Part shown: positions 50,561 to 62,648 of the stretch, in pieces
How positions within the stretch are numbered: the stretch's first letter is position 1
Layout of the letters: each line of letters begins with the position of its first letter
DNA from: the human T2T-CHM13v2.0 reference genome, Homo sapiens
NCBI RefSeq assembly: GCF_009914755.1
Contig: NC_060931.1
Direction: 5' to 3' (one strand)
Length of the DNA stretch: 64,000 nt
Translations under genes and position numbers: made by a program
The notes under the pieces: model-generated
The model's database searches: none
What the model saw: only the letters and a program-made list of their open reading frames with translations
Told to the model about the DNA's origin: nothing

Positions 50561-53339
50561 GTTACTGGATTAATACACCTCTCTGAGCCTTACTTTAGTT
50601 TCTTCTATGAGAAAGTTAGAAAATATAGTATCTACATCTTACATTTTTTTCTGATTATTAACTGAAATATATAGTATAAAGTCATAATTCTTGGTATACA
50701 TTACACATGTAATGAGTATTCATTCATTTCTCTTGATTCCTCTATCTCACAGATAAATAAATGTAGTAACAAATACAAAGACGTTTTATTCACTAACTCT
50801 AATTTATGCATTCAGGAGATCATAAAGTATATTTATGATCTAGGCAGTGGATACTACCCAGAATTCACACTCTTTGAGAGCAGGTAGTCTATTAATCTAC
50901 TGATGTGTCCCAAGGCCCAGAACTGGGTCTGGCACATAGTGGGCATTGAATAAAGGACAAATAAAGAAATTAATAAATTCAGACGTGTAGTAACTGAGGA
51001 AGGTCATTATTTTTTCCCCAAAACAGCATTCAAATGGGATTTGCTATTTTGAGCAACTTACTTTTAATCCAAAACTTTTAGAACCTATTTCGTTTAATCA
51101 AGTTGTGTGGAGGCACATTTTATTTCAGTCCCATAATCTACCCCACCCATTAACTCCATACTTAACCCTACATGGACCCTCCTTCCATTAAGATCTTCTT
51201 CCTCTTACTTCACGTTACTTATCTCTCCTTGGATCTTGCACGGCTCTTAACCTGCATGGCCCTTTGACAGTTCACCTCTGTCTGCCTCTTATGCCCTAGG
51301 TCTCCCACACAAGGCTCTATGCCCCTCAGAGTGTGTCTTCAGGAGTTCCCTGGGTGTCTCTGAGCCTTCCAGTCTCATAATGACTTTCAACTACAATACA
51401 AGTACTTACCACCTAATGTGTGTTGAATGTATGTGAAAACTAACAAGTGGATACTTTCTACATTTCTTCACACATTTGGCTCCTCACTACATGTCTATAT
51501 CCTCTCCAGTAGAACTCTTCAGCAACTCCCCTCACTTAGGGGTCTGTCTCCAGGACTCCTCCCATGGCCTGTGTGCCCTCATTCATCAGGCCTCTGGCCA
51601 GCTTCCTGCATCCATACTACACATGGGTCACATCAAATATCTGTGTATTCCATCATGGAACTGCATTGTTTTCTGGGTCTCCAGTCTGTGGACATGCGTT
51701 TTTTCATATAGAATAGATTTCTTTACACCACACACTTGGGCTATTTCTTTTTGTCTTTCACACATGAGCCACGTGTTCCTTCTCTGTCTTCTGCTCATGT
51801 CCTGTGTTCCTATAATACTTACTGATGTGCACAACCATTGTTTCCTCACTGGTTTAAAGGTCCCAAGAGCACATGTGCTGTGTTTATTTCATCATTAAAA
51901 CCCATCAGCTACTGCAGTGTCTGGCAAAATATAGATGATCTATAAATATTAAACTTAGTGCTCTGTTAGGATAACAGATTTTGAAAGAATTTTAGAGGTG
52001 TTTCCTGAAAATGGAGGGCAGAGATTTGGCTTATCAAGATGAATAAAAAGAGCTGGGGAGATGTCATGGAGGCTCCTTCAGCAGCGAGTGGCTGATGACA
52101 GCAAATTAATGTACTAGAAAGGTTGGAAAACCAACCAACACAAGTATATGCATCTGGGGACTAATCAACACATAGGACTAGCAACTCAGCATTTATTTTT
52201 CTTTTCCATCTGTTTTATGTATATCGTGAATGTATACATCCATGTAGAAGAAAAAAGACAAATATATTTTGGCTTTAAATTACATTAAGTTTGAAGATCA
52301 TTTTGAAATCATTTTGATCAGTATACGCAGCCTAAATACTTTGACTTCATGGCATTCCTGCATCCTGTTTTCTCCGCATATGCCTAGTGTTCATAGTGGG
52401 AATCAGCTCTTCCCCAAAATAAAGCAAGAAAAAAATTTTTATTTATCTCAAAGTTGTAACGGGTATGCAGATTCAAAGTTATTTTCCAACCCCTCTAAAG
52501 AATAACTGTTGATGTATTTTTTGATATTATTCAAGACAAAACAATATATTTTCATTGCTGATGTTGATCAGTAGCTAGTTTTTTAGACTAGTAAATATAC
52601 AAATAAATGAGAAAATACTTGTTTTTATGATTAAAATATTTTTATAGAAAACATCTAAAAATTAACGATGAAATTAATTTATGGTGTCTTTTACAAGTTT
52701 TGGAGCACAAATAAGGAAATATTTAACAACTGAATTTTAAATTTACCAAAGCACTTTGCAAAGGATTTGGTTATTTAGGGAATTTTTTTTCTAACTTTGT
52801 AACAACAAAATAAATGTGGATGAAATTCAGAAACCTTAGGCAACATCCATTGTTTCACAATAACTATGGGCACCAGAGTCCCCACGGGTCACACCATGTG
52901 TAAATAATAACACCAGCTATACTGGGAAGTTGAAATGCTTCCATGTGTAACAGTGCTGGGGGCGCTTCTCTGAAAACGGAACACTCGACATGGAAACTTT
53001 TTATTCCCTAAATTGTTCCAGATAGTTGGTGACAGATTTAAAGTATAATTGTTTAACATGGACAAGTAAAAACATTTTTCAGAAAGACAAAATGTTGTGG
53101 CAGTATTTTTTTCTTCTTCTGATAGAATCTTTATTTTAATCAGATACCTACTCCCCCAGTCAACCTGTTTGCCTCCGGGAAAGCATAAACTCTTTCTTAG
53201 ACCCCTGGGCACAATGAATTTAACTACAGTCACAACCTGTCCCCCATCAGTGGGTCTTAGCAATGGGCTTGTAGAACAATTAAGGCCAAATGAAAGCATG
53301 AAGATATTTCCCTGTGGCCTCTAGAAAAATTATCTTTTG

Positions 53340-53510
53340 GTTCTCATCCTCTCTCCCTCTTCCCTTCTTTCTCCTCTCTTTTCTACCCCCACTTCTTTTT
53401 TCTCTTCCTCCTCCTCCTCTTCCTCCTCTTCTTGTTCTTCTTGTTCTTTTTCTTCTCCTCTTTCTCCTCCTCCTCCTCCTCCTTCTCCTTCTCCTCCTCT
53501 CTCTCTCTCC
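53340..53510. repeat. (CCT/CTT)n polypyrimidine-polypurine tract
   Basis: About 170 bp almost purine-free on the + strand. Confidence 0.95.
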
Positions 53511-53528
53511 ATGTTTTAATGCAAAGAT

Positions 53529-54075
53529 GTGAAATACTGAGAATGGAGGACAGAGATATGAATGGGCAATGGCCAGACCAGACATAAAAATAAAACTCTG
53601 ACCCACAATCTGTGGCAAACTGCCCAGAAAGCCAACTCATACACTACAGTACCAGCCCAGGAAACCAGCCTGAGATCTATGAGTCAGACTCATAGGAAGC
53701 CAGACCACTCTAACAACTGGTTCAGGAGGCTAAACAATAACCCCTGTAATAATTAGTCCCAAAGGGCTAAGACATGATTGATAACTGGCAGCTTCCCTGA
53801 TATTGTCCCTGCTTTCAACTAAGGACCAACCAGAGAAAGCCAAATATGCTTCCCTAACCAATCACGTAGGCAGCCTCTCTTCTAGTGAGCCGCCTCAGCT
53901 TTCCAAGGCAGGCTGTCTGAACTGCAACAGGGCTCACCTGTTTCCCACTGTGAAGCTTCCCCTCTCCTCTGCCTGCCTGTGATTCTTGGCCAAATGCGGT
54001 GATGGTGGCTGGCCCCCTTGCTAGAGCAGCTCTGGGTGAATGGCCTTTGCCTGTTCTCATTGGGAGATCTTCATT
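53529..54075 (+). mobile_element. ERVL-type LTR (MER76-like; family uncertain)
   Basis: aaaactctgacccacaa...ggaccaaccagagaaagccaaatatg...aaccaatcac resembles a recalled ERVL LTR. Confidence 0.5.
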
Positions 54076-54943
54076 TAGATGATACTAAACAGATCATCTC
54101 TCTGCTAGTACAGGCTTAAATGGATGTGCATAAGAGAGCATCCCAGAGAATCAGAAGTGGGCCCTGACTGAGCACATCCTGAGGCCTCCCTGTCTCAGAT
54201 CCCCAAGTGGCAAACTCATAAATGTCTTTCATTATTAGTGCCAATTTCCCTTTGTGTTTCTATCACTGATTTTAAGTCAACATAGAACTTAAAATTGGGA
54301 GCGCTAACATAATAGACTAAAATGTCAAGCTAACTGAGGGAAGGGCAGCAAGGACCCCCATCTGCTAGGTTGGGAAATGGATTAAAGCACTGTGTTATGG
54401 GCCAAACAGTACTGCTGCATTTGGGAATATGGCAGGAAACCAGACATTTAGGAGAGGACTGTATTCAGGCAATTGTGAAAGGGAGAATATTTATTAATAA
54501 AAAAAAAGGAGGGTCCTGCCTGGCGTTTTAAGGCAGCCAAACAAGAGAGCTAAATGTAGCCTTATGAGAGCCATAAGGAAGGACAGAGATGGCTCTTATT
54601 TGGCAATATGTGGGGGCAGGCTAGGGGGATTTCCAGGAGCACAAGGGCTCAGCTGAAGTTCAGCGTTGTCATCAGCGTATGTTGATTTGTAGTCTTCCTC
54701 AAACCCCGAGTCAAGTAACAGCAAGGCTTGAAGATGACCTGTCTGAAAGTAAAATGGCAAGAAAGGCCAAAACTCTCTTTGCCAGTGGAATACATTTCAA
54801 AAATAAGACAGAAACTTAAGCCATTTCTTGGAGTTAAAAAGATACCATTTGATCCCAAGTAAAAATCTGTGTTAGGAGACTAGGTAGGTAGGTGCAAAGT
54901 TTAGCAGGAGATAGATGAGACATGAAACAAATTTGAACCCTGC

Positions 54944-55299
54944 TGTATGAGTTCGTTCTCACGCTGCTAATAAAGACATACCTGAGACTGGGTGATTTAT
55001 GAAGAAAAAGAGGTTTAATGGACTTGCAGTTCTGCATGGCTGGGGAGACATCACAATCATAGTGGAAGCCAAAGGAATACCAAAGGCACATCTTACATGG
55101 CAGCAGGCAAGAGAGCATGTGCAGGAGAACTCCTTTTTATAAAACCATCAGCTCTCATGAGACTTATTCACTATCACAAGGACAGCACGGGAAAAACTCA
55201 CCACCATGATTCAATTACCTCCCACCAGGTCCTTCCCACAACACATGGGGATTACTACAATTCGAAATTTTGTTGGGGACACACAGCCAAAACATATCA
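54944..55299 (-). mobile_element. THE1 (THE1C-like) MaLR solo LTR
   Basis: tgtatgagttcgttctcacgctgctaataaagacatacctgagactggg...cagccaaaacatatca; TSD CCTGC at 54939-54943 and 55300-55304. Confidence 0.92.
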
Positions 55300-56399
55300 C
55301 CTGCTGAGCACCCCCTTAGGCACTGTTGACCTGCCAGAGGGCAAGGCAGTTTCTGAGAAGGTACAACTCAAATGTATCCTGATTCCACGATCTTTTTTTT
55401 CATCTAAATGTCCCAAAGCTGTGGCTGGAAGAAAGTTGAGTCTGTTAAGCTTGATCCTAGGGGGACAGTGGCAGCAGCATGTTGCTAAGAGACAGAAATT
55501 TCCAGACTCAAAGGAAAGGGGCAGACAAGACCATTACTTGACTAGAAGAAGATAGTAACCATTTAAAGGATTCAAACTGCCAAAGAAATCCAAGTCTTGG
55601 CTTGTGTACTTCTAAGGTGAGCACCCTCACAGCATCTCCTCAGCTCAATTTGCAGCAATAAGATTTACATTATTAAAGTAGAATCGGGAAGGACGTCCGG
55701 TACCTTAGCTGCAATTCAGTGGGTGAGGTGAGCCTTCCCAGGGCAGATTCGAGCTGCATGGTCCTCAGGGCAGTGGAGATTCTTAGAATGAACAGTACCA
55801 GGAGGCTGGATTTGCTGAACAAGGTGTCCACTCTGTACCTAGGCAGGGGAACTGGCAACAACTGGTCGTCAGAGTGTGTTTTTCATATTGCTTCATGTAA
55901 GAGTGACTTTTTGCTACTGCGATCTCCCCTTTCAATACCACTACATGTTGGGTTTTGCAGGGTGAGTTTTGTGGTGATAGGAGGAACATGACAGAGCAGA
56001 AGCTGCATGAGCCAGATATTCTGGACTTGGTTTTGAATGCAGTATTGGATGAGGCTTTGGGTTTCTCTGTTTGGCAGAGAACTCAGTATGTTTTTTGTGG
56101 AGATGGGCATTTTACATGTGAAATGAAGAGAAGGAGCATGAATCTGTGAACGATGGGTCTCCCAATATGAGTTGTGGGCTGTTGTATGAATTAGGGTTGT
56201 CCTTACACTGAGCATGCCGTGAAGTCTAGGCCTTCATGCTAGGGAGTTCTGCCTCCTCGAACAGTCCCAGCCATGCAACTCTATGCAGACTGCCTCTATG
56301 AGGCCTGTGCATGGCAAGCTGGAGCCACTCTGCGTGGATGTCCCCCTGAGGTGGGGGTTATGCAGGAAAGAACATATTGATAAGATCTGGCAATAAGGG

Positions 56400-56697
56400 A
56401 CAGCTTCTGAACACTCTGGGAAATATTTTCTGACTCTGAACAGAAAAATAAAAAACAGCTTCTCTGAAAGTGGCATTACACAGATGTGGGCTCTAATGCT
56501 GCCATCGTTATTTTCTCCCAGCCTAAGAACAGAGTCAGCAAAGAGAATCCCAACCAGAGGCACTCCTGAAGCAGAAGGGCAGCTGTGAGACTCTGCTCCT
56601 GACCTTGGGGTGCTGGCTTGTGGGAAACCATAAAGCTCATCACCCTTAGACCACTTTGATTTGGATTTCCTGTTCCTTGCAGCTGAAATTTCCTAAA
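56400..56697 (+). mobile_element. MLT1 MaLR LTR 3' portion (MLT1J/K-like)
   Basis: gctgccatcgtt...ccactttgatttggatttcctgttccttgcagctgaaatttcctaa resembles the MLT1 3' end; 5' boundary uncertain. Confidence 0.5.
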
Positions 56698-57432
56698 AGT
56701 TCAAACTCACAAGCCTCCAGTTATTTAATATGGTGTTTACCCAGCAAGGTTTTGGCTCTCTGAAGATCATTTTGTTCATGTATTTATATTCTTCACATTG
56801 TCAAACAATATAGTAAAGACAATAAATGGCAATTGTATTTGATTACTAGATCAAATGGGTAATGTTCATTAAACAGTATAAATACATTGATAAAACAATA
56901 CAACTTAGTGAAACAATATTAATAAATATTAATATTATGATGAACTCATGTGTCTATCACAGCAGGGGTCATTCATTTGTTTTTCTGTCCATGATCATCC
57001 CTCTCCTAACACTAAGGTTTAACCCAGAAACTGCTCAATGATCACATGGGTTTGGATGGATGAGCCGCACTGACATGAGAATGCTATGGATTTCACAATA
57101 GATGTGTACCCAGGTACTGCTATGATTTCAAATTATAGTGAGGCTCAGACAGGTTCCACAGATGCTTCCACATCAGACAAACCACAGAAGGTGGAATTAA
57201 AATACAAGTCATGTGATCTCAGAGCAGACCCTGCAGCTGAGTGGAAGCCATCCTGATGTCCTCATATCAACACAGACCAACTGAGGCTCTCAGAAGGGCT
57301 TGGAATAATGTCCCTTTCTTTTAAAGCTAGTTTCACTGCCCTCTTATGACTTGCTCTTGAATAAAACGTGACTACAACACTAGAGAAAAGCCTCTGAAAC
57401 CTTTATAGGAAGAAAGTTTAGAAAGTACAAGT

Positions 57433-57579
57433 GAGGAGACTGATACGAGTAACAATAAAACTCTGGTCTTGTGCACAACCAGCTCTGTGTGAATTATTAT
57501 TTCTCTATTGCAATTTTCCTGTTTCTATAAATTGGCTCTGTCTAAGCAGCAGACAAGGTGAACCCACTGGGTGGTTACA
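57433..57579 (+). mobile_element. LTR8 (HUERS-P1, ERV1), 3' part of the 5' LTR
   Basis: ggagactgatacgagtaacaataaaactctggtc...ggctctgtctaagcagcagacaaggtgaacccactgggtggttaca; AATAAA and CA terminus. Confidence 0.8.
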
Positions 57580-57583
57580 AATT

Positions 57584-57602
57584 TGGGGAGCTCATCCAAG
57601 AT
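57584..57602 (+). promoter_or_regulatory. Degenerate tRNA-Pro primer binding site
   Basis: tggggagctcatccaagat versus PBS-Pro TGGGGGCTCGTCCGGGAT, 4 nt after the LTR terminal CA. Confidence 0.75.
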
Positions 57603-58163
57603 TGCCCTTGTGGCTGCCTGCCCGTGCTTTGGTAGCTTCCCTCCAGTAGTGGATTCAGAGGCCAGCCCAAGAGGCTGCTTAGTTTTCTTGGACTGGGGGC
57701 TGACTCTGGTACTGTATCTACTGATGGGGTGCTGCTCACCCTGTGCATGGATTTAATTCCAATAGAGAAATTGTTCTGGGGAGATGTCCCATAATTGTAG
57801 CCCTATCCCAGGGTGTCTGTCTGTAGCCCAGTCATGAAATGTCTGTAGCTGTAGCCCTATCATGGGATGTCTGTTTCAGTGAGTATCGTAGGCATTGCCA
57901 ATGCCTCCTTCCTTCTCCTGATTGATTCTGTAGCACCATGGTGGAGTGTCTGTCTGTAGCCTCATTGCAGAGTGTCTGTCTTGGTTCAGCTCCTTCAGGG
58001 GTCTCAGTTGGCCCTCCCTAATTAGTAGGAAGAGTCTTGGTTCAGAAGACTTCTCCTCAATCAGGAAGATTTTGGGGAGATTTCTTAGGAGGACAATAGG
58101 AGGAGAGTTTGGAAGGGATACTCTGGGAATTCTTGGTTAGGGATCTTAATATGGAAAGCCTTC

Positions 58164-58533
58164 TGTATCAGTCCGTTTTCACACTGCTGTAAAGAACTGC
58201 CCAAAACTGGATAATTTATAAAGGAAAGAGGTTTAATTGACTCACAATTCTGCGGGGCTGGGGAGGTCTCAGGAAACTTATAATCATGGCAGGAGGGGAA
58301 ACAAACATGTCTTTCTTCACATGGCAGCTGGAAGAAGAAGTGCTGAGCAAAGCAGGGAAAGCCCCTTATAAAACCATCAGATTTCATGAGAACTCTCTCA
58401 CTATCAAAAGAGCATGCTGTAATTACCCCCATGATTCAATTATGTCCCACTGGGTCCCTCCCACAACATGTGGGGATTATGGGAACTATAATTCTAGGTG
58501 AGATTTGGGTGGGGACACCACTAACCAATATCA
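58164..58533 (-). mobile_element. THE1D-like MaLR solo LTR
   Basis: tgtatcagtccgttttcacactgctgtaaagaactgccc...ggggacaccactaaccaatatca; TSD CCTTC at 58159-58163 and 58534-58538. Confidence 0.92.
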
Positions 58534-58596
58534 CCTTCTGTCCATCTTGTCTTTGTGTGTGTGTTTCTATATGTGGAAGGGATCTCTGAAGGAATT

Positions 58597-59041
58597 TGTC
58601 AGGCCTCTGGGCCCAAGCTAAGCCATCATATCATCTGTGACCTGCACGTATACATACAGATGGCCTGAAGCAACTGAAGAACCACAAAAGAAGCGAAAAT
58701 AGCCAGTTCCTGCCTTAACTGATGACATTCCACCATTGTGATAATTTGTTCCTGCCCCACCCTAACTGATCAATTGACCTCGTGACATTCCTTCTCCTGG
58801 ACAATGAATCTCAGGAGCTCCCCACCGAGCACCTTGTGACCCCTGCCCCTGCCCACAAGAGAACAACCCACTTTAACTGTAATTTTCCACTACTTACCCA
58901 AATCCTATAAAACTGTCCCACCCCTATCTCCCTTTGCCGACTCCTTTTTTGGACTCAGCCTGCCTGCACCCAGGTGATTAAAAATCTTCATTGCTCACAC
59001 AAAGTCTGTTTGGTGGTCTCTTCACATGGACTTGCATAACA
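58597..59041 (+). mobile_element. HERV-H solo LTR, LTR7 family (LTR7C-like)
   Basis: tgtcaggcctctgggcccaagctaagccatcat...cccaaatcctataaaac (TATA)...gattaaaa...gtttggtggtctcttcaca; TSD GAATT/GAATC at 58592-58596 and 59042-59046. Confidence 0.92.
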
Positions 59042-59869
59042 GAATCATTGATGGAAGTCCAGGAGGCCTAACTCAGAGAACCTTCCTTATTTATAAGGTC
59101 ACATTCAGTGATCCCTGAAAGAAGTTTCCCAGGCTTGATTCAGGATGACCACTCTTTATCTTGCCCAGAGACCACCCATTGAATTCCTGGTTGAAGGTCA
59201 CCCCCTCCCAATCTTGAATGGATCAAAGACAACAGGAACCAGTGGGAAAAAGTTTGAGCCTTGCCAGGTCGATATTGGGTGTTAAATGAGGTGACTAGTG
59301 TCTTTTGTTATGTGTATTTTTGCTTCTGCTGGGATGGAAAATATTAATGTGGGTCCCTATTCAGCCCATTGGGCAGAATCTTGCAAAATTGAGAAGCTTT
59401 TGTCTATGGTTTCATAAAACAGAAGAAGATGATTTTCTTTTGAAATGTTGCTTGGCCTCCCACAATTATGGCACAGTGAACAGGGTCAACAAAAGCTGCT
59501 CCATTCTTCTAAAAGCTAGAGAGAAAGAGGATCTGGAAACCTGGTATGCTGGCAAAAAGAGTAAGAAATTCTTACCTGCCAAATTTCTGGTCTCTCTCTC
59601 TCTATGTGTGTGTTGTGTATGTGTGTGTGTGTTGTGTATGTGTGTGTGGGGTTGGGGGGGGTAAATAATAAACATCACTGTCTCCTCTGCAAGTGTTTGG
59701 TTAATAGAAAAAAAAAAACAGAATTTGTGAGACAGTCTTAGGCTATAGAAAATTTGGTGCACTTTGTGCTAAGAATTTGTCTTTCTGTAATGGAGAGAGA
59801 GGTATCACAGAATAGAATGTGGGAGTAATTCACAGTAATTTACTTCATCTCTCCCCCTGCTAGATACAG

Positions 59870-60262
59870 AAGAGAATTTTTTATTAGCTTTTCACCATGA
59901 GAACATGGTAGCGTTCTTAGAGGCAGGAACAATGAATCCCAGGAGAGTATGAAGGACCTCTAAGACTGTGGCCACCAGGAATTTCTCACTCTCATACTAG
60001 TTCACATTCAGCTTCCAGCAGTTTGTCAAAATTACCATCTATATACCATTCTATGAGTCTAGTGGCTCACAGGTAAGCTTATCTCAGATTTGATTCTCTA
60101 TTCATCTATCTCTCTAGATTTCAAGGAGGCAGCTCACCCTATGGCCTAGAGTCTCTAATGGGTCTAAATAAAGTCATTGATTTTTACTTTATTCCACTTT
60201 TTCTTGTGAAAAGATGAGAGGGATGACTTCCAAGCTCTGTGTATGTCAAGGTGAAACCTCGT
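59870..60262 (-). mobile_element. Ancient L1M (L1MC/MD-like) 5'-end fragment
   Basis: ccaggaatttctcactctcatactagttcaca...gatgacttccaagctct...gaaacc. Confidence 0.6.
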
Positions 60263-61309
60263 TAATAACTTTTTGCTATTTGGTTTCTCCCTCATTATTA
60301 TAGGACTTGATGTTTATAATAGTGAGTTTCTTTATAGCATTTCATTTTCAATAGTCACCACTCTGTTGGTTGCTCAATGATTGCTGTCTTCAATTGAGAT
60401 GAACTAAAAGTTCTAGTAGATTAGAAGTCAAATAAATGTGCCATAAGGAGAAAACAACAAAAATTAAATCTTTCTAAATAGCTTTCCTTGCAATATAAAT
60501 AGTTTTTTTATAATATCTAATTCTAACATGAAACTAAAATCTAGAGTTTGCTTGTAGTTAAGCTCAATTAAATTTCCCTTATATTAATAAATATTCTTAG
60601 CATTATAACCACACTTTAACTGCTCTTAATTAAGTCCTAAAACCACTTTTAAATATATATTATATATATATATACAATTTCTCCATAAGTGATATGCCCA
60701 CATAACAAAACAAGGTACAGAAAAGAAACAAATCTGAAGAAAATGATTATAATTGGTTTTCCCACAGTTTGAGTTTTTCACATTGGAGAACAAACAATGG
60801 GTAAGTGAGATAAAAATGCCACAAGAAAGCCTAACAAAATTATTCATTAAGCAATTCAAACTGTGTTATACATATATAATGTGAAGTTAAGAACGTGTTA
60901 GGATGATATCTGAGGAATACACTGATAAATGTATATGTATGTTTTACTTAGCTTCTAACTAGATGAGCCTTGTCAGATCACAATGAGTAAAGTTCTACAA
61001 AGAAAATGCCTTGCTTACAAATTCACAAAATGTACTTAGAAATCTAAGAATAATAAAATCTAGCAGAGAAGATGAAAGCTGCTTACATTAAAAGGGATAC
61101 TTAGAAATTTTATTTCCGTCCTCAAATTTTGGTTTCCTCACATACAGGATTAAAAGTTACAGCTACTTGCTTTGCAAACTCCTTTACAACTCTTAAAATA
61201 TTTGATTCTATAATTAAAATAAATTATAAGTGGTAAATAAACATCAATTAGAGAAAAACTGGTTTTCAATAAGATGACAAAGAAACTTTGGGAAGAATTA
61301 ATTACAGTA

Positions 61310-61912
61310 TCTTTAGAAAAGAGTTGGGCATTAACTACTAAATTCGAATGCAAACATTTCCTAAGACTCAGTAATCTACTTCTAGAGAAATGCATGCACA
61401 TTTGCATCAAGAAACATGCAAACAAATGTTAATTCAAATGTTATCTGTAACATCTCAATCTTGGAACCAACTCAAATATCTAAAGACATTTATAGAATAG
61501 ATAAGTACATTGTGGAATATTTATTATCCTGTGCAATAGGATAGTACTTGGTCACAAAAACAAACTGCCTTGATGTAAGATAATTTAGATGGGACTTAGA
61601 GAGATAATATTAAGTAAAATAATTCACACACAAAATAATGCATCCTGTATTATTCAAGTGAAATAAAGTTTAGAAACAAGCAAAACTGAACTACTGTGGT
61701 AAAACTCAGGATAAAAGAGGAGTGATCCAGAGGACACAACTAGGGGATGCAGACTGTAGGCTCTGGCAATGTGTTGATTATTTGGCCTTTGTTATGGTTA
61801 TGTGAGTGTTCTCCTGTGATGATTTATTGATCAGTATATTTAGCATGTTTGGGGGATTTTTTTTTTACTTTATATTTTCTCTATATGGGCTTCACTTCAC
61901 AATAAACAAAAA
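61310..61912 (+). mobile_element. Ancient L1ME-like 3' end
   Basis: tggaaccaactcaaatatc...gataagtacattgtggaatatt...cacttcacaataaac. Confidence 0.6.
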
Positions 61913-62180
61913 GAGTTTTGTTCATTTTTGTTTTATTTTGTGTTTCATTTTCATGGAAATGAATAAATACATAATACATAGTAAATGTAGCCTATAACAG
62001 TCACAGAATTAAGGCTTCATGGATACAGAATTGCTGGGGAAGCCTGGATCCTAGGGCCAGGAATGCTAAAATATACTATACTTAAAACTGAGAAGCTCTG
62101 AAGCTCTAGGACCTTGTAATCCTGCTTACTCACAGTGGGAGAGAAATGAGATTGGTGTCTATAAAATGGGATGTGGTTGC

Positions 62181-62648
62181 TGCAGGACCATTTTCTGGGG
62201 ATTTTGGACCAACCTAGTTCTCCCTTTGTTTTGCTTGTAGTTTTCAAGAATAACTATAGTATGTGCTGGGAATGCAACATTCTAAAATTAGCAAGGAGCA
62301 GGCCAGAACAATCTGTGCTCTGTTCCGGCCCCTCTTCCCCCAAGTAGGATGTCCTTCAATTCTTTAGCCCAGCTCACAAGGCCCCAGAGTATACAATCCA
62401 GGGTGAGCTGTCTTTCAGAATCCCTAAGCTGCAGTGCAAATGGGGCACATAAAGAGGAGACACCATCTGCCCTGGGCAATTTTCTCAAGCTTTGGGGGAC
62501 CAGCTCACAATGGATCCTAGGCTTCTGTTGGCACATGTTGCCAATCTGTACTTAATGAATCCATTTCATGTAACTTTCTGGGCTTGAGGGTTCTGTCTCA
62601 CCAAACTCAGACAAGTTGGTAACCAGTGCACAGCAAATCGGCTTCACA
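62181..62648 (+). mobile_element. ERVL solo LTR, LTR47B-like
   Basis: TG...CA termini; gtgctgggaatgcaacat...ggatcctaggcttctgtt...gacaagttggtaaccagtgcacag; TSD GTTGC at 62176-62180 and 62649-62653. Confidence 0.8.

Larger units (their letters stand above)
57580..59820 (+). mobile_element. HUERS-P1/MER4-group ERV1 internal leader, truncated and interrupted by THE1 and LTR7
   Basis: Follows the LTR8 end and PBS; leader repeats gtgtctgtctgtagccc; sequence resumes across both nested LTRs at their TSDs. Confidence 0.7.

Noticed and set aside
53280-53640. Overlapping Arg/Lys-, Glu-, Leu- and Ser/Pro-rich ORFs
   Set aside because: They are translations of the CCT/CTT low-complexity tract in several frames; no coding evidence.
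55097-55555. 152-aa ORF with an ATG start
   Set aside because: Starts inside the antisense THE1 LTR and runs into flanking DNA; no recognisable domain.
55673-55991. Relatively GC/CpG-rich stretch with ORFs on both strands as a possible exon or processed pseudogene
   Set aside because: No recognisable protein similarity, poly-A/TSD, or convincing splice-site pair.
57795-57980. Short gtgtctgtctgtagccc repeats
   Set aside because: They lie in the ERV1 leader after the PBS, where short tandem repeats are common; treated as part of that element.
54944-58533. Two same-strand THE1 LTRs ~2.9 kb apart as one THE1 provirus
   Set aside because: Each has its own 5-bp TSD (CCTGC versus CCTTC), they look like different subfamilies, and the intervening DNA is not THE1 internal sequence.
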